NCBI GenBank assembly: GCA_965116475.1
Contig: OZ220691.1
Location: forward strand, 1,248,001-1,312,000
Origin: Gemmatimonadota bacterium
GTDB taxonomy: Bacteria > Gemmatimonadota > Gemmatimonadetes > Palauibacterales > Palauibacteraceae
Length of the DNA stretch: 64,000 nucleotides
Direction: 5' to 3'
Part shown: piece after piece, positions 27,877 through 37,301 of the stretch
Numbering within the stretch: the first letter of the stretch is position 1
Layout: each line of letters starts with the position of its first letter
Notes under the pieces: generated by a model
Databases searched by the model: none
What the model was told of the DNA's origin: nothing
What the model saw: only the letters and a program-made list of their open reading frames with translations
Translations under genes and position numbers: made by a program

Positions 27877-28339
27877 GAGAAACGTGCATCCGCCCGGCGA
27901 CGAGCGGGTGCGCCAGTTGATGATGGCCGAACTGGACCGGGAGATTTCGGGAGAGGGACGGCGAGAACTCGAGTCCGCACTCGACGAGAACCCGGGTCTT
28001 CGCGACGAACTGGCGACATACCAGCGCCTGAAGGAGGTCACCGACACCATGACTCCGCTGAAGCCGCCGGAGGAAACCTGGGACAGCTACTGGGAACACG
28101 TCTATCGCCGGCTCGAACGCCGCATCGGCTGGGTCCTGGTATCGCTGGGAACGATCATCGTGGGGACATGGGCGCTGTGGACCGCCGTGAGTGAGCTGAT
28201 TCGGGACACGACGCTGCCCGCGTACATTCGCTGGAGCATGCTCGCGCTGGTCGCGGGCTTCGTGATCCTCTTCGTGTCCGTGGTGCGCGAGCGCCTGTTC
28301 ATGCAGAAGAAAGACCCCTACAAGGACGTGGTCCGATGA
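27869..28339 (+). CDS. Membrane-bound anti-sigma factor
   Basis: Overlaps the sigma gene; ASD-like N-terminus (LDxEISxExxxELExxL) without HxxxCxxC; two TM helices. Confidence 0.75.
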   Translation: MSERNVHPPGDERVRQLMMAELDREISGEGRRELESALDENPGLRDELATYQRLKEVTDTMTPLKPPEETWDSYWEHVYRRLERRIGWVLVSLGTIIVGTWALWTAVSELIRDTTLPAYIRWSMLALVAGFVILFVSVVRERLFMQKKDPYKDVVR

Positions 28340-28656
28340 TCATCACCTCCCGAAACGACCTCGCCGGACACCGGATCGTCGAGGAATTCGGCCTCGTCCG
28401 CGGCAGCACGATCCGGGCGCGCCACCTGGGCCGCGACATTCTCGCCGGCCTGAAGACCATCGTGGGTGGCGAAATCCAGGAGTACACGAAGATGATGGCC
28501 GAGGCGCGGGAGCAGGCGGTCGACCGGATGGAGGCCGAGGCGGCCGCGGCCGGCGCCAACGCGATCCTCTGCGTCCGCTTCTCCACCTCCTACATCCTGG
28601 GAGGGACCGCCGAAATCGTGGTCTACGGCTCCGCCGTCAAGGTCGAGGAGGCCTGA
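28336..28656 (+). CDS. YbjQ/UPF0145 family protein
   Basis: GRDILAGLKTIVGGE, AREQAxxRM, GANA and YGSAV. Confidence 0.92.
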   Translation: MIITSRNDLAGHRIVEEFGLVRGSTIRARHLGRDILAGLKTIVGGEIQEYTKMMAEAREQAVDRMEAEAAAAGANAILCVRFSTSYILGGTAEIVVYGSAVKVEEA

Positions 28657-28658
28657 CC

Positions 28659-30089
28659 GTGGTCCTGAGAATGATGGTCGCGGCCGGATGTGCGCTCGCC
28701 TCTCCGGTGCTGGCGCAGGAGCCGGATCCGGACCCCGAGGGAAGCGGCGGAGGCGTCGAGGGCAGGTGGGCGGGGTCCGTCGTTCTCCCCACGGGCGAGC
28801 TGCCCTTCTCGGTCACCTTCGAGCGCACGGATGGAGCGAATAACGTGTTCTCCGCCACGATGGACATCCCGGCGCAGGGCGCGATGGGGCTACCCCTCAC
28901 GGCCGTGTCCCACGAGGACGGCCGCGTGCATTTCGAACTCGATACGCCGATCGGTCTCGCCGTGTGGGACGGAGCCCTCGCGGGGGACACGATCGAGGGC
29001 GAGTTCACCCAGGGGGCCGCGGCCGGCACGTTCTCCGTGTCGCGGGCCGACCTTCCGGAAGCGGAGGCGGAAGAACCGCCACCGTACCGGGAGGAAGAGG
29101 TCTCGTTCGAGAATGGTGACGTGCATCTCGAGGGGACGTTGACGCTGCCGGAGGGGACGGGACCGTTCCCGGGCGTCGTCCTGATCACGGGCTCGGGACC
29201 CCAGGACCGGGACGAGGTCGTGGCCGGTTTCGCCGTCTTCCGCCTTCTCTCCGACCACCTCACCCGGCAGGGCATCGCCGTCCTCCGCTACGACGACCGC
29301 GGCGTGGGCGGCTCGACGGGCAGCGTCTCCGGCTCCACCTCGTCCGACTTCGCGGGCGACGCGCTGGCGGGGATCGCCCGACTCTCGGAGCACCCGGACG
29401 TCGACCCCGCGCGTGTCGGCCTCGTGGGACACAGCGAGGGAGCCATCGTGGCGCCCATTGCGGCCTCGCGGTCGGACGCCGTCCGCTTCGCCGTGCTGCT
29501 GGCCGGCTCGACCGTGCCCGGCACCGAGATCCTGTACGAGCAGTCGGCGGCCATCCAGCGCGCGAGCGGCGTGCCCGAGGATCGCATCGAATGGAACACC
29601 GACTTCCAGCGCCGGCTGTTCGCGGCCCTCGACGCGGGGGAGGATATCGAGGCGTATCGCGAGGAGCTCGGGGCCGCAATCCGCGAGGGCATCGAGACCC
29701 TGCCCGAGGCGCAGCGGGCGGCGATCTCCGACGTCGACGCCTACGTACAGGCCCAGATCGACGCGCAGATCGACCGCGTCGAGACGCCCTGGTTCCGCTA
29801 TTTTCTCACGTACGACCCGACCGAAGGTCTCCGGGGCACGCGGGTGCCGGTGCTCGCGCTCTTCGGCGGGCTCGACCTGCAGGTGCTCGCCGACCAGAAC
29901 CGTCCTCCGCTGGAGGAGGCGCTGGCCGGGAACCCGGACGTGACGGTCGAGGTGCTCCCGGGCGCCAATCACCTCTTCCAGGCCGCCACGACCGGGTCCC
30001 CGGCCGAATACGCGCTGCTCGAGAAGCGCTTCGTCGACGGCTTCCTCGAAACGATCTCCGACTGGATCCTCGCCCGCTTCGGGGGCTGA
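28659..30089 (+). CDS. Secreted alpha/beta hydrolase with N-terminal beta domain
   Basis: GSGPQDRDE, DDRGVG, GHSEG nucleophile, DLQV and NHLFQ. Confidence 0.88.
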   Translation: MVLRMMVAAGCALASPVLAQEPDPDPEGSGGGVEGRWAGSVVLPTGELPFSVTFERTDGANNVFSATMDIPAQGAMGLPLTAVSHEDGRVHFELDTPIGLAVWDGALAGDTIEGEFTQGAAAGTFSVSRADLPEAEAEEPPPYREEEVSFENGDVHLEGTLTLPEGTGPFPGVVLITGSGPQDRDEVVAGFAVFRLLSDHLTRQGIAVLRYDDRGVGGSTGSVSGSTSSDFAGDALAGIARLSEHPDVDPARVGLVGHSEGAIVAPIAASRSDAVRFAVLLAGSTVPGTEILYEQSAAIQRASGVPEDRIEWNTDFQRRLFAALDAGEDIEAYREELGAAIREGIETLPEAQRAAISDVDAYVQAQIDAQIDRVETPWFRYFLTYDPTEGLRGTRVPVLALFGGLDLQVLADQNRPPLEEALAGNPDVTVEVLPGANHLFQAATTGSPAEYALLEKRFVDGFLETISDWILARFGG

Positions 30090-30119
30090 CGGTTCGGAGC
30101 TACTGCCGTCGCAACCCGT

Positions 30120-31154
30120 TCACCCGCCGGGCCAGAGGGCGGCCCGCTGCCGGAAGACGGACGGGTTGGCGAGCCACTCCGCAAACCCGGTGCGGCGTTC
30201 GTCGGTCAGCCAGTCGATTCGGGCATCGATGCAGGCCAACAGGTCACGGTCGTCCGCATCCAGCGTGAAGCCTCCGAACTCGACGAGAGAGTCCTGGGCG
30301 GCCACGACGAACGCTCCGCCTGAGCTGTGCGCGGCCTCGCCGCCACGGATCTCCCCGCTGGCCACGGCGTCGATGCGTCCGTCGCGCAGGGCGTCGAACA
30401 ATTCCGTCTCGCCCGACTCCCGGCCGAGGTACACCACCTCGGGCATGTCATCGGATGGGGGGTGAAGGCGGGTCCGGCCCTCCAGGACGGACGATGCCAT
30501 CGCGGGCGTGATCGTATACGTGCCCGTACCGTCCGCCACGACGGTGCCGGCGGGCGTCTCCACGCGCGTCCCCGCTCGGAGCACGCCGGAACCGTCCACG
30601 ATTCCCGTGATCTGGAGCAACCGTGCCTCTCCGGTGCTCCCCGGAAGGACGCCCACGCGCACCGCGCTCGTGAGCGCGTCGTAGGAGGAGAGCCGCGCGG
30701 CGTCCCCGCTTCGTACGAGGAGCGACTGGCGGAACGTGATGTGGCCGGACGTGAACGCGACCGCCGGCGCGCCGGCATCGTCAACCGTCCGCGACTCGAG
30801 AATCGTGATGCCGCCGCCGGCCATGTCGAAGCTGGACGTGGCGGGCAGGAGCCAGATTCCGGGCCAGTCGGCGATCGGGCGGCGCACGAAGGAGAGCCCC
30901 GTGCCGGGCATGGCTTCGAGCGCGCTGAGGAGGTCGGCCTCGTAGCCCATGTGCAGACTGAACCCGGGCGAGTTCGGGTCCTCGTCCGCGCTGTAGCTGA
31001 CGGGGGGGTAATATGCGTAGAACGCCACCGTAAGCCGAGCATCGCCGCACGCCGCCGACGGCTGCGGCTCCACGGCGTCCCCACAGCCCGCACCGACGAG
31101 AGCGAGCCCGGCCAGAAGGGGCCGCACGATCGACTCTGTCACCTTGAACTTCAC
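30120..31154 (-). CDS. Family-3 (polar amino acid-type) substrate-binding lipoprotein
   Basis: Lipobox GAGC; GYEADLL, DMAGGGITILESR, VGVLPGSTGE and ALRDGRIDAV. Confidence 0.75.
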   Translation of the reverse strand: MKFKVTESIVRPLLAGLALVGAGCGDAVEPQPSAACGDARLTVAFYAYYPPVSYSADEDPNSPGFSLHMGYEADLLSALEAMPGTGLSFVRRPIADWPGIWLLPATSSFDMAGGGITILESRTVDDAGAPAVAFTSGHITFRQSLLVRSGDAARLSSYDALTSAVRVGVLPGSTGEARLLQITGIVDGSGVLRAGTRVETPAGTVVADGTGTYTITPAMASSVLEGRTRLHPPSDDMPEVVYLGRESGETELFDALRDGRIDAVASGEIRGGEAAHSSGGAFVVAAQDSLVEFGGFTLDADDRDLLACIDARIDWLTDERRTGFAEWLANPSVFRQRAALWPGG

Positions 31155-31316
31155 CTCGGCACCGCTCCCAGCGGTCGGTCCTCAGCGGGCCCGCGTTTTC
31201 GACATGTGTTCGGAAACGGTATTCTTGACGAGCAGGCTCCCGCCAGAGACCGGCATCCCGTGCCCCTGGCGGCCGACGACCGCCCAAGAGACCTGACGCC
31301 AGGAGACTCAGCCGCC

Positions 31317-32657
31317 ATGTACGCCCGATATGCCCGGACCATCACCGGATTCATCGTCCCCGCCCTCTTCGGCATGGCCGTCGGCGGGGGTGCCCCGGCT
31401 GTAGCGAAGGCCCAGTCTCCGGGTGACGACGTGCGGCGCCTCGCCGAGCATCCCGCGGTGCGGAGCGCCTTCGAGATCATCGAGGAACTCGAGCCGAGGA
31501 CGATCCGCGAACTCATCGAGCTCACGGAAGTTCCGGCGCCCCCCTTCATGGAAGACGAGCGCGGCCGGATCTACGCAGAGTGGCTCCGCGAGGCCGGGGC
31601 CGACTCCGTGTTCATCGACGAGGAGGGCAACGCGGTCGGGATCCGGTACGGGCGGGGAGGCGCGCGGGGATCGACGCCGGAGGGGGAGCGGCGGACGGTG
31701 GCGCTGTCGGGACACCTCGACACGGTCTTCCCGGCGGACGTCGACGTGACGGTCACGCAGCGCGGCGACACGCTCTTCGCGCCCGGCATCGGCGACGACA
31801 CGCGCGGCCTCATCGCGGTCCTCACCGTGCTGCGGGCGCTCGAGGCCGCCGGCATCGAGACGGAGGCGGACGTTCGGTTCATCGGGACGGTCGGGGAGGA
31901 AGGGCTCGGCGACCTGCGCGGGATGAAGTACCTGTTTCGCGAGGGCGCGGACCCCATCCACACATGGATCGACATCGATGGCACGGGGCTGGGGAGGATC
32001 GTGAACAAGGGGCTCGGCTCCCACCGTTTCCGCGTGACGTTCCGGGGCCCCGGCGGGCACTCCTGGGGCGCCTTCGGGATGGCCAGCCCCGCCCATGCGC
32101 TGGGCCGCGGGATCCGTCATTTCCAGGACGTGGCCGACACGCTCACGCGATCGGGGCCGCGCACGAGCTACAACGTGGGGCGGCTCGGCGGCGGCACCTC
32201 GGTCAACTCGATTCCGTTCGAGGCGTGGATGGAAGTGGACATGCGCTCCGAGAGCGAGGAGAGCCTCGGGCGCATCGACGCCGCCTTCCGGGACGCGATG
32301 CGCCGGGCGCTGGCGGAGGAGAACACCCTGCGTCGGACAGGACCGGAGATCGAACTCGAACTGGACCAGATCGGAGACCGTCCCTCGGGAGAGGTCGCGG
32401 ACGACCATCCCCTTGTCGAGCGCGCCATCGCGGTCATGCCCCTGTTCGGGGCGGTGCCCGCGCTGACCCGTTCGTCGACGGACTCGAACATCCCGATCTC
32501 GCTGGGCATCCCGGCGGTGACGATCGGGAGCGGCGGCATCGGGAGCGGGGCCCACTCGCCCGGCGAGTGGTGGATCAACCGTGACGGCCACCTCGGGATC
32601 CAGGCGAACCTCCTCCTGCTGGTGAGCGAGGCGGGCCTGGCCGAGCCCATCCCCTGA
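31317..32657 (+). CDS. M20/M25/M40 family metallopeptidase, secreted
   Basis: GHLDTVF, GIGDD, GEEG, GGHSW, STDSN and GAHS. Confidence 0.9.
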   Translation: MYARYARTITGFIVPALFGMAVGGGAPAVAKAQSPGDDVRRLAEHPAVRSAFEIIEELEPRTIRELIELTEVPAPPFMEDERGRIYAEWLREAGADSVFIDEEGNAVGIRYGRGGARGSTPEGERRTVALSGHLDTVFPADVDVTVTQRGDTLFAPGIGDDTRGLIAVLTVLRALEAAGIETEADVRFIGTVGEEGLGDLRGMKYLFREGADPIHTWIDIDGTGLGRIVNKGLGSHRFRVTFRGPGGHSWGAFGMASPAHALGRGIRHFQDVADTLTRSGPRTSYNVGRLGGGTSVNSIPFEAWMEVDMRSESEESLGRIDAAFRDAMRRALAEENTLRRTGPEIELELDQIGDRPSGEVADDHPLVERAIAVMPLFGAVPALTRSSTDSNIPISLGIPAVTIGSGGIGSGAHSPGEWWINRDGHLGIQANLLLLVSEAGLAEPIP

Positions 32658-32715
32658 AGACTCTACTCCGCTGAAGACTCCAAGGGCCGGGTTCGGGCTC
32701 CACACGGCGGCGGCG

Positions 32716-34068
32716 GTGGTCGTCGCCAACATGATCGGGACCGGCGTCTTCACCAGCCTCGGGTTTCAACTCGAGTCTCTGAGATCCGGGTTCTCGCTGC
32801 TCATGCTGTGGGTCGTGGGCGGCGTCGCGGCCGTGTGCGGCGCCCTCACGTACGCCGAACTGGGATCGACGATCCGGCGCTCGGGCGGCGAATACACCTT
32901 CCTCTCCCACATCTACCACCCCGCCGCCGGCTTCGTGTCGGGCTGGATCTCGGCCACGATCGGGTTCGCGGCCCCCACGGCGCTGGCAGCGATCACGTTC
33001 GGGACGTACCTGTCGTCCGTCTTTCCAGTGCTTCCGGCCCGGTGGCTCGCGGTGGGGCTCGTCGTGCTGCTTTCGGTCGTCCATGGCCGCACCCACCGCA
33101 CCTCGGGCGGCTTTCAGCGCTGGTCGACGACGGCCAAGGTGGTCCTGATCGTCGCCTTCGTCGCGGCCGGGCTGGCCCTCGTCGGGGAACCCCGGGACGT
33201 CGGCGTGCTCCCCTCGGCGGACGGCGTCTCGAACGTGTTCTCCGCCGGGTTCGCCGTGTCGCTCATCTTCGTGTCGTACTCGTATTCGGGCTGGAACGCC
33301 GCGACGTACGTGACGGGCGAACTCCGCGACCCGCGGCGGACGCTCCCCCGCGCGCTGGCGGCCGGGACGCTGCTCGTGATGCTGCTCTACGTCGGCCTCA
33401 ACTACGTCTTCCTGCGCGCCGCCCCCGCCGAGGAAATGGCGGGACGGCTCGAGGTCGGATACATCGCGGCGGGGTACATCTTCGGGCCGGTGGGGGCCGA
33501 CCTGATGGGGATCACGCTCGCGCTCCTCCTCGTCTCCACCGTGAGCGCCATGGTGCTCGCGGGTCCGCGCGTCCTTCACGCGATCGGCGAGGACTACCCG
33601 ACGTTCCGGTTCCTGAGTTCGATCAACGCGCGCGGTACGCCCGGCGTGGCCATCTTCACGCAGGCCGCGATCAGCCTCCTCTTCATCCTCACGGAATCGT
33701 TCGAGACGATCCTCGTCTTCTCGGGCTTCACGATGGGCCTCAACACGTTCCTGGCGGCGGGCGGGGTGTTCCTCCTGCGACGGCGGCAGGCGTCGGGCCG
33801 GACCGTGGGCGGGACCCCGGACCACGACGCCGACGGCCGGGGGGACGGGGTCGGGGGTCCCGAGGCGGGCGAACCGTACCGGGCGTGGGGATACCCGGTG
33901 ACACCCCTGATCTTCCTGGCGGTCACGGGCTGGACGCTGGCCTACATCCTGCGCGACCGGCCGCTCGAAGCGGGGCTGGGACTGGGGCTCATCGCGGTCG
34001 GTCTCGCCATCTACGCCGTCACGCGGGCGCGCGACCGACGGACAGACGGCCGACGGACCCGCACTTGA
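32716..34068 (+). CDS. APC-family amino acid permease (true start may be slightly upstream, about 32671)
   Basis: NMIGTGVF, YAELG, SGGEY, YSGWN and PYRAWGYP. Confidence 0.9.
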   Translation: MVVANMIGTGVFTSLGFQLESLRSGFSLLMLWVVGGVAAVCGALTYAELGSTIRRSGGEYTFLSHIYHPAAGFVSGWISATIGFAAPTALAAITFGTYLSSVFPVLPARWLAVGLVVLLSVVHGRTHRTSGGFQRWSTTAKVVLIVAFVAAGLALVGEPRDVGVLPSADGVSNVFSAGFAVSLIFVSYSYSGWNAATYVTGELRDPRRTLPRALAAGTLLVMLLYVGLNYVFLRAAPAEEMAGRLEVGYIAAGYIFGPVGADLMGITLALLLVSTVSAMVLAGPRVLHAIGEDYPTFRFLSSINARGTPGVAIFTQAAISLLFILTESFETILVFSGFTMGLNTFLAAGGVFLLRRRQASGRTVGGTPDHDADGRGDGVGGPEAGEPYRAWGYPVTPLIFLAVTGWTLAYILRDRPLEAGLGLGLIAVGLAIYAVTRARDRRTDGRRTRT

Positions 34069-35045
34069 CCACCCGCACCACAGCCGCCGGATCCACAGCC
34101 GCCACCAGGGATCTGCTGCTGGCGTTTGCCGCCGTGTACCTCGTGTGGGGATCGACCTACCTCGCGATCCGCTTCGGCGTCGAGACGATTCCGCCCTTCC
34201 TCCTCGGGGGAACGCGCTTCCTGGCGGCGGGCGTGATTCTCGCCGTCGTGTCCCGCCGTCGGGGCGCGCCGGTCCCGAAGCCGTCCGAGTGGAGGGCCGC
34301 CACCGTCTCGGGCGTGTTCATGGTCGCGGGCGGCAACGGACTCGTGTGCTGGGCGGCGCAGTACGTGCCTTCCGGGCTCACGGCCCTGCTTGTGGCCACG
34401 GTGCCGCTGTGGCTGGTCGCGATCGCGCGCCTCGGACCGGACCGCGAGACGACGAGCCCGCTGGAGGTCGCGGGCCTCGTGCTGGGGCTGGGCGGCGTCG
34501 TGCTCCTCGTGAGCAGTTCCGGGGCGGACATCGGGATCGGCGGGGCGAGCGCGAACCAGGTGGTGGCGGGGGCCCTCGTCGTCGTGGGGGCGTCGATCAG
34601 CTGGGCGATCGGCTCCATGTACAACCGGCGGGCCGCGTTGCCGCAACCGCCGCTTTATGGCACCGCGCTCACGATGGCCGCCGGGGGCCTGATCCTCGTG
34701 CTGATCGGAGCGGCGACGGGAGAGTTCGGCCGCCTGTCGCTCGGCGACGTGTCCCTGCGGTCGTGGCTGTCGCTGATCTACCTGGCCGCCATGGGGTCGA
34801 TCGTGGCCTTCTCGGCCTACATGTGGCTCCTGCGCAACGTCCGGCCCGCGGCGGCCGGGACGTACGCGTACGTCAATCCGGTCGTGGCGCTGTTCCTGGG
34901 CTGGTGGCTGGCGGACGAGGCGTTCACGCTGCCGATGCTGGCGGGCACCGTGATCATCGTGGCGGGCGTCGTGCTGGTACAGCGGGGGCGGGCGCCGAAG
35001 GGCGGCCCGAGGCCGGCGACCGTGCGGGCACCGGCCTCGAGGTAG
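34065..35045 (+). CDS. EamA/DMT-family transporter (YedA-like)
   Basis: VYLVWGSTYLAIR, GSIVAFSAY and YAYVNPVVA; TTG start overlaps the upstream TGA. Confidence 0.9.
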   Translation: MTTRTTAAGSTAATRDLLLAFAAVYLVWGSTYLAIRFGVETIPPFLLGGTRFLAAGVILAVVSRRRGAPVPKPSEWRAATVSGVFMVAGGNGLVCWAAQYVPSGLTALLVATVPLWLVAIARLGPDRETTSPLEVAGLVLGLGGVVLLVSSSGADIGIGGASANQVVAGALVVVGASISWAIGSMYNRRAALPQPPLYGTALTMAAGGLILVLIGAATGEFGRLSLGDVSLRSWLSLIYLAAMGSIVAFSAYMWLLRNVRPAAAGTYAYVNPVVALFLGWWLADEAFTLPMLAGTVIIVAGVVLVQRGRAPKGGPRPATVRAPASR

Positions 35046-35058
35046 CCGCCCCGCGCGG

Positions 35059-35445
35059 TCAGAGGGAGAGCGGAGGCCGGCGCCGCTGCCGCAACTCGGC
35101 CACATACTCCCGGTACTTCTCCATCTGCTCGTCGCTCAGCACTTCGGCGAGCCTGGTCTCCGTCTCCTGCTGGAGTTCCTGCATGAGCTGCATCATGGCG
35201 TTCCGGTCCCCCGACCCGCGCGCGCCCTGAAGACGCTCGCGCCGGCTCTCCGCCTGGGTCTCGAGGATCCCGCGGACCTGCACGACCTGCTCCTCGTCGA
35301 GCGTGAGCCGTTCCGTGAGGGCCGTCACCTGGTCGTCGAGGCTCATGCCGACACCGCGGCCACCCCGCTGAGCCTGAGCCTCCACCGGCGCCGCGGCGGC
35401 GAGTGCGACCATTACGAGAGCGAATGCCCCGATCATCTTTCTCAT
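35059..35445 (-). CDS. Secreted small helical protein (Spy/CpxP-like LTxxQ motifs)
   Basis: GGAGGA RBS; signal peptide; LTLDEEQ and VLSDEQ motifs. Confidence 0.7.
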   Translation of the reverse strand: MRKMIGAFALVMVALAAAAPVEAQAQRGGRGVGMSLDDQVTALTERLTLDEEQVVQVRGILETQAESRRERLQGARGSGDRNAMMQLMQELQQETETRLAEVLSDEQMEKYREYVAELRQRRRPPLSL

Positions 35446-35473
35446 CGATATCCTCCGTTTCCTGCGTTCTATT

Positions 35474-35540
35474 CTGCCCGTTCCCCTGCCTGTTCCCCTG
35501 CCTGCTGCTCTGCCTGCTGCTCTGCCTGCTCCCCTGCCCA
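35474..35540. repeat. Intergenic imperfect 12-nt tandem repeat (CTGCCTGYTSCY-like, about 5-6 units)
   Basis: ctgcccgttccc ctgcctgttccc ctgcctgctgct ctgcctgctgct ctgcctgctccc. Confidence 0.8.
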
Positions 35541-35734
35541 CTTCCCCCGACTTCAGGCGCGGGTTCCTCAGTGGAAACGACACGGGGCCCGCCGGAAACG
35601 TTATGGACCCTTGCGCCGGACGCTTCGGATGCGCTCAGCTAGTGTCGTGTCCCGGAAGTACGCGAGCTACCGAGAGTGCCGAGGCGCACGTTCGGCCGCC
35701 GCAACAAGGCCTGGGGATTCGCACGGGGGTTCGC

Positions 35735-37219
35735 ATGAAGATGCTGCTGGGGATTTGTCATCGGTTCCGGATCCGTGCGGCGACGGGAGGCGTCCTGGTG
35801 GTCGCTGCGTGCGTCACCGGGTGCAGGGAACCGCAAACCGTGGCCGAGGACGACGGGGCGGCCCACGAGCGCTCGCACATCGCGGGCATGGCGGCACACC
35901 ACATCTGCTCGGGCGTGTTCGTCGTGGGGCGCGACTACGAGCGTTCCGTCGAGGAGGTCGTGGCGCAGGACATCCGGCGCTTCGAACTGTTCAACTGGCA
36001 GGACGACTTCGAGTACGCGGTGAACTTCGAGACGGGCACCGCCTCCGTTTCGGGAGAGGACTTCGGCACGCGCTCCGCCGAGTACAACGGGGACCAGGGC
36101 TGCACGATCCTGCCGGCCGATCTCGACGACGTGACGTACGAGCCGCGGGTCGTCGAGCGGCTCAGCCCCGACCCGGCCGTCACGCCGTGGCCGACGGGCG
36201 ATGTCGGCGCGTACCACGACCCACCGCCGCCGGAGGTCGACATGGCGGCGCTCGAGGCGGCCCTCGATTGGACGATGGCGCAGACCGAGCACAACACGCG
36301 CGCGCTCGTCGTCATCTACGCCGGCAAGATCCTCGGCGAGCGCTATGCGCCCGGCTTCACGCGCAACACGCCCCAGATCTCGTGGTCCCAGGGGAAGAGC
36401 ATCGCGAGCGCGCTCGTCGGCGCGGCGATCCAGGCCGGTCACCTCGACGCCGGACTCGACGATCCCGTGCCCGTGCCAGAATGGCAGGGAGAGGGCGACC
36501 CGCGTCGGGAGATCCGCATCCGGGACATCCTGAACATGAGTTCGGGGCTCGACTTCCTGAACCTGGGCCTGACGGACTCGCTGTCGTGGACGCACACGAA
36601 CGAACACTTCCGGATCTACTTCGAGGGGATCGATGTGTTCGAGCATGCGATCGACCAGCCGATGGACACGCTGCCCGGCGCCATCTTCCGCTACCGGAAC
36701 TCCGACCCGCTGACGGCGAACCACATCGTGCGGGAGGCGGTCGAGGCGCGCGGCGAAGACTGGCTCACATACCCCCAGCGCATCCTGTTCGACCGCATCG
36801 GGGCGCGGAACTACGTCCTCGAGACGGACGCCTGGGGCAACTTCATCATCACCGGCTACGACTACGGGAGCGCGTGGGACTGGGCGAGGTTCGGCCTCCT
36901 CCACCTGTGGGACGGCGTGTGGCCGACGCCCGATGGCGGCAGCGACCGCATCCTGCCGGAGGGCTGGGCGGAGTTCGTCAGCACCCCCGCGCCGGGCGCC
37001 GAAGCCCTCGAGTACGGTGGGCTGTTCTGGCTCAACCGCGGCGGCTCCCTGCCCCGCGCGCCGGAGGACGCCTACTGGGCGGCGGGATTCATGGGACAGT
37101 ACACGGCCATCATCCCGTCCCGCGATCTGGTGATCGTCCGCCTCGGGCCGAGCCCCGGGAACACCGGCGCCTATCTCTCGGACATCATCGGCGAGGTGAC
37201 GGCGGCAATCGACCGGTAG
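35735..37219 (+). CDS. Serine hydrolase, beta-lactamase class C / NylB-like
   Basis: SQGKS (SxxK), LNMSSG, YRN, DWARFG and GFMGQ. Confidence 0.88.
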   Translation: MKMLLGICHRFRIRAATGGVLVVAACVTGCREPQTVAEDDGAAHERSHIAGMAAHHICSGVFVVGRDYERSVEEVVAQDIRRFELFNWQDDFEYAVNFETGTASVSGEDFGTRSAEYNGDQGCTILPADLDDVTYEPRVVERLSPDPAVTPWPTGDVGAYHDPPPPEVDMAALEAALDWTMAQTEHNTRALVVIYAGKILGERYAPGFTRNTPQISWSQGKSIASALVGAAIQAGHLDAGLDDPVPVPEWQGEGDPRREIRIRDILNMSSGLDFLNLGLTDSLSWTHTNEHFRIYFEGIDVFEHAIDQPMDTLPGAIFRYRNSDPLTANHIVREAVEARGEDWLTYPQRILFDRIGARNYVLETDAWGNFIITGYDYGSAWDWARFGLLHLWDGVWPTPDGGSDRILPEGWAEFVSTPAPGAEALEYGGLFWLNRGGSLPRAPEDAYWAAGFMGQYTAIIPSRDLVIVRLGPSPGNTGAYLSDIIGEVTAAIDR

Positions 37220-37301
37220 TGTCGTGTCGTTGTAATGTGTTGTCCCTTTCCCTCGGCGCCCCCGGGGGAAGTCGTCCGGTTCCTGTCGGCAGGAGGCGTC
37301 T

